Part shown: piece by piece, positions 1-11,523 of the stretch
Position numbering within the stretch: the stretch's first letter is position 1
Layout: each line of letters opens with the position of its first letter
Source of the DNA: a virus
Reading direction: 5' to 3' (one strand)
DNA length: 64,000 nt
IMG/VR virus record: IMGVR_UViG_3300035698_022838
Location: 64,001-128,000 of that record
Program-made: the position numbers and the translations under genes
The notes under the pieces: generated by a model
Told to the model about the DNA's origin: nothing
Databases searched by the model: none
Seen by the model: only the letters and a program-made list of their open reading frames with translations

Positions 1-393
1 TCGAAGCCATAATGGTTGAAAATACCTAAAATTTTCATCATAATTTCTATCTATTAAGGTAGAAGCTCCAGCACCATAGAAAAAATCATATTGATATTCA
101 AAATTATTTACAGACTGCTTGCTCCCGTCGGTAAACTCTCCAGCCTGGAATATAATATCGTTTGAAATCGAGCCATCAAGAAAAAAACTAAAAAGGTCAC
201 TCGCATAGCTATCTTCGCCAGTAACTCGAAATTTCTTATATTTTTGATCACTCAGTGTTGGGTTAGCATTCATCGAATTTAACCATACTCCACCACTCGA
301 ATCGAGCGATATTTTTACGTTACCGGTTAATTTTGGGTTTGTTCTTAATAATCCGAATGATGTATTATAATCAAATAGTCTTGGTGTTGCCAT
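1..393 (-). CDS. Virion structural protein, N-terminal part (runs off left edge)
   Basis: ATG at 393 reads MATPRLFDYNTSFGLLRTNPKLTGNVKISLDS... open to position 1; 10 bp downstream of the 404..3964 stop; not in the ORF track. Confidence 0.75.
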   Translation of the reverse strand, partial: MATPRLFDYNTSFGLLRTNPKLTGNVKISLDSSGGVWLNSMNANPTLSDQKYKKFRVTGEDSYASDLFSFFLDGSISNDIIFQAGEFTDGSKQSVNNFEYQYDFFYGAGASTLIDRNYDENFRYFQPLWLR

Positions 394-403
394 TTTTTAA
401 TGT

Positions 404-3400
404 TTAACCTATGATTCTAGTTGTTGAAAAATTAGGGGAAGAAAGTGTATCATTCTTATATTTACCAGTAACTTGTACATCGAAAGAGAATGGACTTTGA
501 TTCCTTACTTGTAGATCAACACCTATCTTTTTGGTGTATGTTATATTAGTTGGGTTTCCAGTCGCTCTAAATCCGCCAATATACCCTAGCTTATCAGTAG
601 CTCTAAATTGGAATATTATAGGAATACTAAGAGAATTAGAATCACCAGATTTCATGAATTTAGAAGCTAATTTTGATGATCCTTCTACTTGTATAGTTGA
701 ATTATAAGGAGGACCTAGATATAAATAAGATCCGCATGTATATCTGCCAACTAAATATTCATCATCAGCAGTAAACCCTAATTTTTGGGGATACATTGAA
801 TCCTGTCTGGCTGACGTAGCGCCAGTAACAAAGTCTGTTGTAACAGAAGAATAACCTAATTGACTATAGAAGTTAGATATAGTCGTATCTAACTGAAAAT
901 GATCAGAGTGCCTGAAATAAGGGTATACTACAATACCACCAGAAAAATCAGGCTTAGTCAATTGCTCAAATGTTAATCCGGTTGTACTTGCTGGATGGTC
1001 TAGATGCATACAGAATTCGCTTAATGTTCCCCCGCCATACCATTCGTACGTACCTGTACCACCAGTACCTGTACCGTCCCATATATTAGAATCTATACCA
1101 GAAGCTGTTGGTACTGTAGTTTGTGTTGGGTCAAATGGTAAAAGTTGACTTCCATTTCTCGGTAAGTCCGAGGAATCGCCTGTATATACATATGATGAAT
1201 TATATGCATTTACCTCATTATAAAGATTTGAATCAAAACCAACACTTTTCCATCTAGGATAAACAAATTGACTATTTGAATTACCAGAAGCATACGGCGG
1301 AGCTTGTCTAAATAATTGGAAAGATTGCTCGTTTGCAGCACCAGTAGAATCAGCAGGCACTATATCAGCATTATTTAAAGATGTTATAGAAATTGGAATT
1401 TCACCATATTTTAAATTTGATGTATAACCTTCAGGTAAAGCATATGATGATGATGTACCAGCAAGAGTATCAAGACCTCCTGTTAAAACAGAAGCCAATT
1501 CAAGTAAACCTGTACCTGAATTAACGATCTTAATTTCATATATCTGAGATGCAATTTTACCAGCATCAGATGTTGTTGGACTAGAATATATTTGATTGTA
1601 ATAACCAGCATTAAGATTTATAGTAGATCCATTAGTTACCAGTTGGGTATTATCATTACTATCAACTAAATAAACTTCAAGTACACCAGTTGCATTACTA
1701 ATAGAAGCATTTAATGAATTAAGTTGGTCTTGTAATTCAGTTATTTTACGGAATAAATCTAAAGGTGCTCCAGCATCATCATAAAAACCACTAGATACTG
1801 ATTCTGAATCCATATAATATTTTTTAGACCCTGCAGTAAATTGTTTACTTAATAAACCATCGATACCTTTAGCAGATAAATCTTTCTGTACTTCTAATAC
1901 TGCTTGGTCTTTAAGATTGGTTGTGATAGTAGTATTAGTAGCACCTACTGTAGCATCAGCAGGAAATGAAATAGTAACAGCATTACTAAAGCTTGACGTA
2001 GTTGGGTTCTCTGGCCAGCCAGCTTCAGAAATAGATTGTATTCTTATCTGTACTCTTTCTCCTTTAGTTATTGGTATATCCAATTGGTTAATCTTCTGTA
2101 CATCTGCATTATCAGTAGATTCCGGTGCCCATTCATAAGTACCAGTATCGCTGTTGTATATCTTTTTACGAACTAAACTTTTTACCTCTACCCAATTACT
2201 AAACGCACCAGTCTTTTTCTGTGTATTTCGATCGATGTATTCAATCTGATCGACAGGAGGTGCTATTCCAGCATCGCTTAGATATCTATATTGTATAATG
2301 AATTGAATTACACTTTGTGGTCCAGTTAAAGGATTTCCCTTAGGATCTGGTATTGGCCAAAATCCTCTTACTCTATATTTAGATTTTACCGCTATTTGTG
2401 GATTTATTACAACAATGGATGTAATAGCAGAAACTGTACTTCCTAGTAAATCCTGTTTTTGTACTCGTTCATTAGTTAGTGAATTAAGATTAGCCTGTAA
2501 TGCAGAAACATTAGTTGCTACTTGTGTACCTTTAAGTGAACTAGCACTTTCCGAAGCTTTATTACCAGCAGGTGCAACAGCAACATCAGACGCATTATTG
2601 ATACGTGATCTAGTTTGTGCTATTGTTTTATCTATTTGGTTTATTTCAGATTGTAATGTTGTTTTTAATGCAACTTTTTCATTTAATGTATCAGCATCTA
2701 CACTCTTTGTTAATTGTTTATTTATTTCTACTACCTTGAAGTTATCAACAGTAATTGTTGGTGCATCAGGTAATACTGAATTTATTGCACTAATTCTTTT
2801 CTCCTTAGCCATACCAAGAAACATTTGACCTAAATCAGCAACCGAGTTTTGATAATATGTCTCTAAAGTTTGTACACCAAATTCAGTATTAATCTTTAGT
2901 TCATTACTATAAAAAACAACACCAGTTGACCAAGTAGATCCAATTACATTGTAATTATCATCAATCTTTTTAAAAAATACACCTTGTCTTTCATCAAAAC
3001 CAACATTTACATGAACATACCTTGGACTAAATTGGGTAGATAATAAAGTTAAAGTATTATTACCAATATTAACTGGTTGATATCCAGAAATCCTTTTTAA
3101 TTGGACAGATGTTTCGTTATTATTAATCGCTGTAATTTTATATCTAGTACCATCTTCAGTCAATAAAATATTATCAACAGCTAAAGATTTTCCGTTTTCA
3201 ACATTAGTAGTTGTATCTGTATATTTAATTGAATTTAATTTGTAATTTCTTCTAGTCTCACTAGTTTCTACTCCGTTAGAATCCGTTATAGTAACTACAT
3301 CATCATAAAATGATGTTACACCAAAATTACCTTTATTTCTTATAGTTCTGAGTGGTAAATCAACATTACTCTCATCGGTAAAATATATAATTCCACCCTT

Positions 3401-3964
3401 AGTTAGCTCATTTATAAATTGACTCTCTGTTAAATCGTTTCTTCCTTTTAGATTTGAATCAAAATAAACTTTCCTTTCTTCAGTATCTGTGTGTGCAATT
3501 ATTCTTTTTACTCTGATTCTATCACTATCATCTGAAATTTGTCCAGTTACATCAAGATCTATGTATAACAATGGGCTTAAGAAACTTTCAAAAAACCAAT
3601 TATCTTTAGTTTCAAATGTACTGGGAACAGCTAAATTTGACAGGGGAATTGGATCTCTTACTGGTTGGGATTTATATATTTGTGAATACGTCCCATCAGG
3701 ATTTCTTACTGTTGCAAGATTATCACCAAGGCCTGAAAGCGATTGTATATTAGAATCTAACCTTTGTATCTGACTACGCATATACGCGTAACCGGGTAAA
3801 CTAGCTAATATAGGAAGTCCACTTTCATCTAAAACCTCTATTTGTACAGTATCATTAGTAGAAGTTGCAACTTCATTTAAGCCATTGATTATCTCAATAG
3901 CATTTTTTTGAAGTCTTAAAAACTGAGCTACTAGTGAACTGATTGAATTTTGTGTACTACTCAT
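404..3964 (-). CDS. Large virion (tail/baseplate-associated) structural protein with coiled-coil segments
   Basis: 1186 aa, S/T/G/N-rich, heptad regions (TTLQSEINQIDKTIAQ; ITELQDQLNSLNASI); in structural operon. Confidence 0.6.
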   Translation of the reverse strand: MSSTQNSISSLVAQFLRLQKNAIEIINGLNEVATSTNDTVQIEVLDESGLPILASLPGYAYMRSQIQRLDSNIQSLSGLGDNLATVRNPDGTYSQIYKSQPVRDPIPLSNLAVPSTFETKDNWFFESFLSPLLYIDLDVTGQISDDSDRIRVKRIIAHTDTEERKVYFDSNLKGRNDLTESQFINELTKGGIIYFTDESNVDLPLRTIRNKGNFGVTSFYDDVVTITDSNGVETSETRRNYKLNSIKYTDTTTNVENGKSLAVDNILLTEDGTRYKITAINNNETSVQLKRISGYQPVNIGNNTLTLLSTQFSPRYVHVNVGFDERQGVFFKKIDDNYNVIGSTWSTGVVFYSNELKINTEFGVQTLETYYQNSVADLGQMFLGMAKEKRISAINSVLPDAPTITVDNFKVVEINKQLTKSVDADTLNEKVALKTTLQSEINQIDKTIAQTRSRINNASDVAVAPAGNKASESASSLKGTQVATNVSALQANLNSLTNERVQKQDLLGSTVSAITSIVVINPQIAVKSKYRVRGFWPIPDPKGNPLTGPQSVIQFIIQYRYLSDAGIAPPVDQIEYIDRNTQKKTGAFSNWVEVKSLVRKKIYNSDTGTYEWAPESTDNADVQKINQLDIPITKGERVQIRIQSISEAGWPENPTTSSFSNAVTISFPADATVGATNTTITTNLKDQAVLEVQKDLSAKGIDGLLSKQFTAGSKKYYMDSESVSSGFYDDAGAPLDLFRKITELQDQLNSLNASISNATGVLEVYLVDSNDNTQLVTNGSTINLNAGYYNQIYSSPTTSDAGKIASQIYEIKIVNSGTGLLELASVLTGGLDTLAGTSSSYALPEGYTSNLKYGEIPISITSLNNADIVPADSTGAANEQSFQLFRQAPPYASGNSNSQFVYPRWKSVGFDSNLYNEVNAYNSSYVYTGDSSDLPRNGSQLLPFDPTQTTVPTASGIDSNIWDGTGTGGTGTYEWYGGGTLSEFCMHLDHPASTTGLTFEQLTKPDFSGGIVVYPYFRHSDHFQLDTTISNFYSQLGYSSVTTDFVTGATSARQDSMYPQKLGFTADDEYLVGRYTCGSYLYLGPPYNSTIQVEGSSKLASKFMKSGDSNSLSIPIIFQFRATDKLGYIGGFRATGNPTNITYTKKIGVDLQVRNQSPFSFDVQVTGKYKNDTLSSPNFSTTRIIG

Positions 3965-3972
3965 TTTATTTT

Positions 3973-6183
3973 TTATCCATTATTTGTTAAACTTTTACCC
4001 ACTATATCAACTTGGAAAATTAAATTCTCCACGTTAACACAAACTATATCAATGACAGGAAGATAGTCGTAGGTTACCACATCCGCATTATTTAATGATG
4101 TTATTAATTTTGAATATGCAACATTACTTGGATTAGCTAATGGGAAATCCCCCGTTGCATCAGTAATAAAAACAATATTGAAATCACCAGGTATAACCAT
4201 ATCACCAAAACTAAATCTCATAACCTGACCAGGTCTCCATTTTAAAACAGTATCATCAATTCGAATAATAAGATCTGAGGTTAATGTAATTGGAGTTCCG
4301 TTGTTTATATGCTTTACGTAATTACCAAACTCTGCTAATGTTATAGTATTGGTATCATTGTTTTGTAATGATATTACACCATTCTCTGAACTTATATTAT
4401 AATCCTGATTCAGATTTGATATAGTCACTTGATTTTCTACTGTTCTATCAACTCTAACTCCTTTACCCTCTTTGATTGAATCTAGATTATAAGAAATTTC
4501 AGCAGATGTTTCATTATTTATTATTGCCCTTATTAGCTCATAATTTTGGTTAATAAGTCCCATTACTGATTCTGTATTATTAAATAATGCTTGATTCGCA
4601 GCATATGAATTTTCTAATGCTTCTATCCTTCGATTTAGCATCGAGGCTGTATCAGAAGATAATGCCATATTTTCCAATTCAGAAACTCTATTTGCTAAAG
4701 TAGTGTATATCGCTGCAGCATCATTAAGAGTTCCCGATGAATCTTGTAATACGTTCATGGCATCCATAAACATGGTTAACGAGAAAGAAGAATAGTCATT
4801 AATTGCTTGTTCAACCCCTGTCTGATCTATATCGACATCAAATTTAATATTTAGCTTTAATCCATACGAATTACCATTTAATTTAGTAACTATATTTGGT
4901 TTATATTTTTCAAAACTAGGAATACTATAAATATTACTACCTGATGTTTGTACATCATCTAGGAAAAGTACACCATATAAATTTGTAACATATTCAGTTG
5001 GATCAGCAGGATCATATACATCATAATAAATTAAGACTGCATTAAAACTAAAATCTGCTGATTCTGGAACAGAATTAAATTCTTCTAATGAAGCTATTGA
5101 TGCATCATCAACTATTTCTTTATATGAATCAGGATCGAAATCTATACCGATTGAATCTAATCTAGTCCTTACATATTTTTGGTATCCAGTACCAGTGCCA
5201 CCAAGTGTAGTTTTTTCTAATATAAGTGAAGTTGGATCAGTAAAATATGGATCATTATAATATGTATTTGCAGTATCTCTTGGAGAATACCAATTACCAT
5301 CTCCAGTAGAACCATCTATAGTATCCTCAAATACAACAGTTGGTGAACCTAATACATCATCGTCAAAAATAGCTAAATTAGTAAGTCCACTTGGGTTATA
5401 TTCATCATATGCTCTTCCTGTTAAATATTCTTTATCTAAAGGATCTGTAGGACTATTAGTCCATCCATAATCGGGATAATAATTTTTATCAACAATGTTT
5501 TTGAAAAGTACAGTTGGTGTATTACCATCTTTTGTTGGTACATGAACATATACTTCGGAATAGGTATTATTATTATTCTTTACTGAATTGACAATATCAA
5601 GATTACCAACATATTGGACAACTCTATTATAGGTAGCCCCGGCTAAACCATATGCTCCAGTTGTACCCGTAACTGGGTCCCCCTCGACATAACGTTTTTC
5701 AGTAACTGGTAAATCATTAACAACAGTTATCGTATTCTGATCTAAAGTATCTACAACTTGATCTGAAGATGCTGGTTGATATCTTATTGCTCCGATTTCC
5801 TTCATCCACTTAAAAAATATTCTCTCAGATATATTTTGTGTTAATAAGGAATCATAAGCATCACTACTAAGTATAGTAGTTTCTATATTCAAACAGTAGC
5901 TTTGAAAACTTTGTGAAAAATCTACATTGGCATTACCCGTGATGATATTTCCTGCGCTGGTTGCCAAATCCAAAAATGCGCCATCCGGTGCGTTAAGTTT
6001 AATACTGTTTCCTAAAGGATCACCAGAATTAATATCTGGGATATTAAGAAGTGCAAATTTAGAAAATTTGAACTTATTTACCGAATTATTGAACGTAAAA
6101 GACAAATCTTCAGCAGCAGACGAAAAAGCATAAAATGTTCCGCCCTGTACTTGAAGAGGTCTTATAAATGGGGTTTTTGCCAT
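3973..6183 (-). CDS. Virion structural protein (tail-associated)
   Basis: 736 aa, acidic, beta-rich with central coiled coil; co-oriented with neighbours with short gaps. Confidence 0.55.
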   Translation of the reverse strand: MAKTPFIRPLQVQGGTFYAFSSAAEDLSFTFNNSVNKFKFSKFALLNIPDINSGDPLGNSIKLNAPDGAFLDLATSAGNIITGNANVDFSQSFQSYCLNIETTILSSDAYDSLLTQNISERIFFKWMKEIGAIRYQPASSDQVVDTLDQNTITVVNDLPVTEKRYVEGDPVTGTTGAYGLAGATYNRVVQYVGNLDIVNSVKNNNNTYSEVYVHVPTKDGNTPTVLFKNIVDKNYYPDYGWTNSPTDPLDKEYLTGRAYDEYNPSGLTNLAIFDDDVLGSPTVVFEDTIDGSTGDGNWYSPRDTANTYYNDPYFTDPTSLILEKTTLGGTGTGYQKYVRTRLDSIGIDFDPDSYKEIVDDASIASLEEFNSVPESADFSFNAVLIYYDVYDPADPTEYVTNLYGVLFLDDVQTSGSNIYSIPSFEKYKPNIVTKLNGNSYGLKLNIKFDVDIDQTGVEQAINDYSSFSLTMFMDAMNVLQDSSGTLNDAAAIYTTLANRVSELENMALSSDTASMLNRRIEALENSYAANQALFNNTESVMGLINQNYELIRAIINNETSAEISYNLDSIKEGKGVRVDRTVENQVTISNLNQDYNISSENGVISLQNNDTNTITLAEFGNYVKHINNGTPITLTSDLIIRIDDTVLKWRPGQVMRFSFGDMVIPGDFNIVFITDATGDFPLANPSNVAYSKLITSLNNADVVTYDYLPVIDIVCVNVENLIFQVDIVGKSLTNNG

Positions 6184-6203
6184 TTAATTTATATTTTTTT
6201 AAA

Positions 6204-7082
6204 TTATAACCAAGATAGATTAGAAGAACCTAAAACTACCCAAGATCCTTCTTCAGTTCCTGTATCTTTACCTATTCTAGGTTCCCATTGTAATTGTATA
6301 GAAGCCTGATAAGGTCTATTTGGATCAACAGTAATACCAGTTGATGGAAATTCACCATAGGTAGCTACTGTGTTAAAACCAGTATATTCAGTTTGTACCC
6401 CAGTTTTAATAGTTCCTGTTCCACCTTGAGTATTTATAATTGTTATTCTGTGTCCTGCAGGTATATTTGATGCAGTACCCCCTGTTGTACCAACACTTAA
6501 ATAGAATCCACTCTCGCATTGTGCATAGATTATATCATCCAAACCAGTTACAGCATAAGGTGCACCTGTAGTTGTTGAAAATCCACCACCCGTAGTGTCC
6601 GAACCAGCAAAAGGTTGTCCTGAAGTAGCTCCAGCAACTATGAGTGTATTTGTACTTCTAATGCTTCCACCAGAGCCTATTGTAAAAGATGAATTTAATG
6701 TAGTTGCTCCACTAAATATAGAAGATCCACTGAAAGTCGAACTACCAGATTGGGTAAGAGTTCCAGTTAATGTTATTGTTCCGCTAGCACTTAATGCAGT
6801 TGTAGATAGACTAGCAAATGAGCCAGCTCCACTCGAATTAATTTGTGCTAATGCCGTACCTCCGCTTGGTATCATTAAAGAATTAAACTTCCCGGTTTTA
6901 GCAGAGATTCTACCAGTTGACGCCTCAGTTAGATCCAAGATCCCATTAGTCGTATCTAGACTAAAAACGTTGTCATAATTATTTATCCAGTTCTCTAATA
7001 AGGTAATATTAGAATTAATTCTAGTTCTAGAACCAGAGATTCCATCAGAGCCTGACATTGGTGTAGTATTTACTGTTGCCAT
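6204..7082 (-). CDS. Tail fibre-like protein
   Basis: N-terminal 'SRTRINSNITLLE' fibre-attachment-like helix followed by G/S/T-rich beta repeats. Confidence 0.55.
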   Translation of the reverse strand: MATVNTTPMSGSDGISGSRTRINSNITLLENWINNYDNVFSLDTTNGILDLTEASTGRISAKTGKFNSLMIPSGGTALAQINSSGAGSFASLSTTALSASGTITLTGTLTQSGSSTFSGSSIFSGATTLNSSFTIGSGGSIRSTNTLIVAGATSGQPFAGSDTTGGGFSTTTGAPYAVTGLDDIIYAQCESGFYLSVGTTGGTASNIPAGHRITIINTQGGTGTIKTGVQTEYTGFNTVATYGEFPSTGITVDPNRPYQASIQLQWEPRIGKDTGTEEGSWVVLGSSNLSWL

Positions 7083-7107
7083 TTAATGTATTTATTTTAG
7101 TTTGGAA

Positions 7108-7115
7108 TATATATC
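7108..7115 (-). promoter_or_regulatory. Putative late promoter GATATATA
   Basis: Intergenic, 25 nt upstream of the 7082 start; same octamer recurs before many structural genes. Confidence 0.6.
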
Positions 7116-7162
7116 ACACTACAGCAAAGACAAAAAATTAGATTGAAATTAAATTATAATTT

Positions 7163-7858
7163 ATGGCAAACGGAAAAAGTAAAACTTTTAAACTCACAAA
7201 AAAAGATTTCAGAGACATCTCTCTAACTCCAAACCAAAAGATCTACTCAGACGCAATTTTCAAGAACAAAATAACCTTTTGTTCTGGTCCAGCAGGTACT
7301 TCAAAGACTTTCACAGCATGTTATACCGCATTGCAGATGCTAGCTAAGGGAGAAGTTAAAGAGATAATTCTAACAAAACCAATTCAGGAATCTGGCGAAA
7401 AGCTAGGTAGTTTACCGGGTGATGAAGATGAAAAGGTACGTCCATACCTGGAAAGCTTCATATTAACAATGCAAAAGATAATACCTAAGGAAATGGTTAC
7501 GTTTCTTTTTGCTGATGGTAGGATCTCATTTAGACCATTGGCATATATGAGAGGCGCTACATTTGACGATGCAGTTATGATTCTTGATGAAGCTCAAAAT
7601 TGTGATATGAAGCAAATAATGCTTTATGTTTCAAGGATAGGTAGAGATTCTACTGTTATAGTAGCCGGTGATATTACTCAATATGACATAGCATTCAATA
7701 AAGTTGCTTTACCTAATTTTATCGAAATGGTAAAAGGAATAGACCATGTGGGTATATTCGGGTTTAAAGAAGAAGATATAGTTAGGTCTGAAATCTTAAA
7801 AGTAATAGTCAAAAGATACGAGAAATGGAAATATGATGAATTTAAAAGTAAATCTTAA
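7163..7858 (+). CDS. phoH: PhoH-like ATPase
   Basis: GPAGTSKT Walker A, 'GEKLGSLPGD', 'LAYMRGATFDDAVMILDEAQN', 'GDITQYD' PhoH motifs. Confidence 0.95.
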   Translation: MANGKSKTFKLTKKDFRDISLTPNQKIYSDAIFKNKITFCSGPAGTSKTFTACYTALQMLAKGEVKEIILTKPIQESGEKLGSLPGDEDEKVRPYLESFILTMQKIIPKEMVTFLFADGRISFRPLAYMRGATFDDAVMILDEAQNCDMKQIMLYVSRIGRDSTVIVAGDITQYDIAFNKVALPNFIEMVKGIDHVGIFGFKEEDIVRSEILKVIVKRYEKWKYDEFKSKS

Positions 7859-10800
7859 TTCCCAGCAAAAGTATCATCAGGATTATCATCAATCACTATT
7901 CCTGAGCTAAAAGTTATTTTATTTTCATCTATTATAACTTTTTGTTGAGCCAAAAGATCTCTTTGTAAATCTGCCATTTTGGTATTTCTAGTATTGGCAA
8001 GCTCTATGTACCCATAGTCTATTGAATTAACATATTCTGGGTTAGGGTCTCCAGCAGCAGGGATTGATTGATTCACTACTGTTATGAATGCGGGTTTAGA
8101 TGTTTCATATACGTTTCCTTCTGAATCTTCTATAGAATTTATAATTGAATAATATCCATTCTTAGTAAATGTGTATATGAAATATGGTATATTTTTAACA
8201 TCCAATAATATTTCATTATTTGAAGCGTCAGATAAAACCCATCTATTACTATTTTTCCCATATATCTCTGAAGCATAATTACTCATGAAAATAGTAGATA
8301 ACATAGGTACATATAAATTAGAATTTGAATTATGTACGTCAGCCCACACCCAGGCGCCCGATCCAACCTGAGACCTAATATCTCCCATATCCTTTCCTGT
8401 TAACGTTTTGTAGCTTTCCATAATACCTATGAAATTTCCACTAGCTCCTGGGTATGGTAATCCAGTAGGTCCAGTAACTCCACTATTAGATCCAGCAATA
8501 AAAATATCTAAATCATCAGATACTGATAATTTTAGAGTAGCTTGATCTCCAGTAATTCCAGTTGTAGGGAACGTTGAAAAACTATCAATATAAGTTCCAC
8601 TAACATTTCTTTTAATTATAACATGTGCACTACCACTAATACCTGGTGTTTCAGGATAATGAATTGCATTATAATAATCGGTAGTATTTGTAGTATCAGT
8701 TATATCAGATATGGTTGCATTATACACGTCCACGTACGTATCGGGTAAAACCTCGTATGTTGACAATAAGGTATAATATCCTCCTGGGTTTATTGAAATA
8801 GTAGCTAAATTCAATGCACCAGTCAATCCACTAGCTACACTATCATCATTTGGTGTTGGTACTATTGTAGATTCACCAGTGAATAAAACATCAGCATAAT
8901 ATTGATTATCTGATTTATATCCTCTGATTGTATTATACCAAGTATTATATTCAGCTCCAGTAAGTCCAATATTAGCAAGAAATGCCCCGGTAATACCACT
9001 ATTAGAACTATCATTCAACACGAAATATGCATTAGAATAACCTGGATTTGGATGACTTAATATGAAATCACCATTAGTAACATCATAAGTAGAAGTACCA
9101 GTAAGTAAATATGTAAGTCCCTCTGATAATGAATTGACATCATCTAAAGAAGAAGTATTAACGCCAGTCATACCAATACTAAAGGCTTTTCTTATATTCA
9201 ACGAAGCATTAAGATCTATAACCATCCCGCTTCTATTATATGACGTAAGATCATCTAATGGTGTTGAGAAAACAAAAGCATTAACATTATTGAAATCACT
9301 GTTATTTTCATATTCACCGGTTAGTGTGCTTATACCACCTCTAAAATTACTAGTCAGTCTAACTGTATTCTTAGCAACAGAAAGATCACATGCTCCAAAT
9401 TCATAAGGCCCTGAAACACCACTTATTGTATTATTTGGATCATATCCAGATGAAGCACCAGGGAAATGCCTAAAGTTCTTTAAACAGAATTTAGATGCGA
9501 ATTCATCATTTTCAAAATCAATTCCACCATAGCTTATTTCATTACCTAGATCAAAATCTATTTCGGCAAGAAAGAGCGAAACAGTATCTGTTACTACAGT
9601 CATATCAGGTAAATATGCACCACCAGTAGCACTGGTTGGACCATTTTGAATCCATGGATAATTATAGCTTGCAGTTAAACCAGGAGTCGCAATATTAGAG
9701 AATCCAATAGGTCCACCAATAGGACCAGTTACACCAGTAACAGTCATATTACCAGCACCAGGATATTCTGAGCCATAAAGGAATTTACCTGCTTCTATAT
9801 ACCCAGAATATGATCCTAAAATAAAGAGAGAGGAGTCATCTAATGAGGACGCAATCTTTAATGCTTTCGTATCGTATCCGCGAAGTGGTATAGCTCCTCT
9901 AACTTGACCCCCATCATTAAAGAACGCAATAAAACCTATATTATTAAGACCAACGCTAGCAGTCGGGTTTATATTTTCAATTGTATAATCAGTTATTAAG
10001 CTATTTTGTTCACCGAGTGTTATTGTTGATGTTGTTGCATAACCGGTTACAACATTCATATCTCTATATCTGGCAGTAGATGTTATAGTAAAACTACTAG
10101 TATTATTTAACCAAGTATAATCTGGTATTAATTTATTTAATTCACTTTCTGCATATGGTATAATTTCACCATTATTCCAATATTCTTGGTTACCTGCGCT
10201 TTTATCAATTAGATCTTTAAAGTTAACATCTAAAAACATATTTCTTGGATCTAATCCAGGATGCTGTAATGCAATTTTTTTAACGTCATAATCAAGCCAC
10301 GTAGGGGTAGTCCAAGTATATTTACCAGCTTTTGGTATCTTTGCTTCGTCTCCTGTTGAGCCACTTGTAGTTGGTTCATAATACACAAAATTCCAACCAG
10401 TAGCACCTTCATAATTTGATGTACCATAAACATGTGGTATAGTATAATCAAATAAACTAATCACATTTCCGTTAATAATCCATAGATCGTCTTCATAGAC
10501 AGTCAAATCTCCTCTTTGAGACTTATCATTGGATAATAGTATATCAATGACACGATCGTACGGTAATGGCGGCGTAGAGCTGTTATTATACAGAGTAAAT
10601 GTATCACCGTTGAAATGATATAAACCGTTTGTTGTGGTTGGACTATTTAAAGGATTACCTCTTCTAAAGAAAACATGGCCATTTTTTCTTGCTTGTACCT
10701 TTGTTATGCCGTTACCATCCCCTGCAGTCCAATTATAGAACTTTTCATTATCCCAGTATACTAATCCTGCTTGTGTTCCTGCCCAGTATTTACCGCATTC

Positions 10801-11511
10801 ATCAAATGAAAGTGAATAAACTATATCTGAACCAATCCCAGAATTATTTGAATTCAATTTTTTAAGAGTTGGTATTAGTTGGGTACCATCTATCATAGTC
10901 TGAAGATCCAAATGTCCGTCTGGGATTATTTGTAATCCATCATTAGTTGCCATATAGTAATTAAACCCATCAGGCTCACATCTAGCAGTTATTTCATAGA
11001 TATGTGGCCACGTATATCCTGGAGCTACTTCATTCCACAGTTCAGATTTCTTGTCATATCTCCATAGATAACCACCAGTTGCACTAGATAGACCAGTTGC
11101 ACCAGTACCTAATGCTCCATTTAATGGACTAATAAAAGCAAGTATGTCACTGCAATATGGACTAGCATATATTGTAGGTACTTCCCAATTTGGTGATTCA
11201 TCTATAAGATTACCAAATTCGCTAAGTAACCAAGAAGATCCTGTTGCAGCATTAATATTTTCAGCTGAAAAAACAAGAGTTTGATTCAATGTTTCAGAAA
11301 CTGCACAACCAAGCCATTTAGTATCGTCACTATCAATACTTATAGATCTGGTATCTAAATAATATGGTAAATTATCAGGAACAGTAGAATTTGACGCCCC
11401 ATAATAAGTGCTATCAGCTCCATCATATTTAATAAGATCTCTTCCAGCACACCAAATGTTACCAAAAGAATCCAATTTTGCTTGATTTATATAAAATACA
11501 GTACTTGACAT
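7855..11511 (-). CDS. Large virion protein with N-terminal beta-propeller-type repeats (possible receptor-binding/baseplate protein)
   Basis: Repeats such as 'SISIDSDDTKWLG', 'SLSFDECGKYWAGTQAGLVYWD', 'NGLYHFNG'; C-terminal PKD-like segment. Confidence 0.6.
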   Translation of the reverse strand: MSSTVFYINQAKLDSFGNIWCAGRDLIKYDGADSTYYGASNSTVPDNLPYYLDTRSISIDSDDTKWLGCAVSETLNQTLVFSAENINAATGSSWLLSEFGNLIDESPNWEVPTIYASPYCSDILAFISPLNGALGTGATGLSSATGGYLWRYDKKSELWNEVAPGYTWPHIYEITARCEPDGFNYYMATNDGLQIIPDGHLDLQTMIDGTQLIPTLKKLNSNNSGIGSDIVYSLSFDECGKYWAGTQAGLVYWDNEKFYNWTAGDGNGITKVQARKNGHVFFRRGNPLNSPTTTNGLYHFNGDTFTLYNNSSTPPLPYDRVIDILLSNDKSQRGDLTVYEDDLWIINGNVISLFDYTIPHVYGTSNYEGATGWNFVYYEPTTSGSTGDEAKIPKAGKYTWTTPTWLDYDVKKIALQHPGLDPRNMFLDVNFKDLIDKSAGNQEYWNNGEIIPYAESELNKLIPDYTWLNNTSSFTITSTARYRDMNVVTGYATTSTITLGEQNSLITDYTIENINPTASVGLNNIGFIAFFNDGGQVRGAIPLRGYDTKALKIASSLDDSSLFILGSYSGYIEAGKFLYGSEYPGAGNMTVTGVTGPIGGPIGFSNIATPGLTASYNYPWIQNGPTSATGGAYLPDMTVVTDTVSLFLAEIDFDLGNEISYGGIDFENDEFASKFCLKNFRHFPGASSGYDPNNTISGVSGPYEFGACDLSVAKNTVRLTSNFRGGISTLTGEYENNSDFNNVNAFVFSTPLDDLTSYNRSGMVIDLNASLNIRKAFSIGMTGVNTSSLDDVNSLSEGLTYLLTGTSTYDVTNGDFILSHPNPGYSNAYFVLNDSSNSGITGAFLANIGLTGAEYNTWYNTIRGYKSDNQYYADVLFTGESTIVPTPNDDSVASGLTGALNLATISINPGGYYTLLSTYEVLPDTYVDVYNATISDITDTTNTTDYYNAIHYPETPGISGSAHVIIKRNVSGTYIDSFSTFPTTGITGDQATLKLSVSDDLDIFIAGSNSGVTGPTGLPYPGASGNFIGIMESYKTLTGKDMGDIRSQVGSGAWVWADVHNSNSNLYVPMLSTIFMSNYASEIYGKNSNRWVLSDASNNEILLDVKNIPYFIYTFTKNGYYSIINSIEDSEGNVYETSKPAFITVVNQSIPAAGDPNPEYVNSIDYGYIELANTRNTKMADLQRDLLAQQKVIIDENKITFSSGIVIDDNPDDTFAGN

Positions 11512-11523
11512 TTCTTTATTTGT

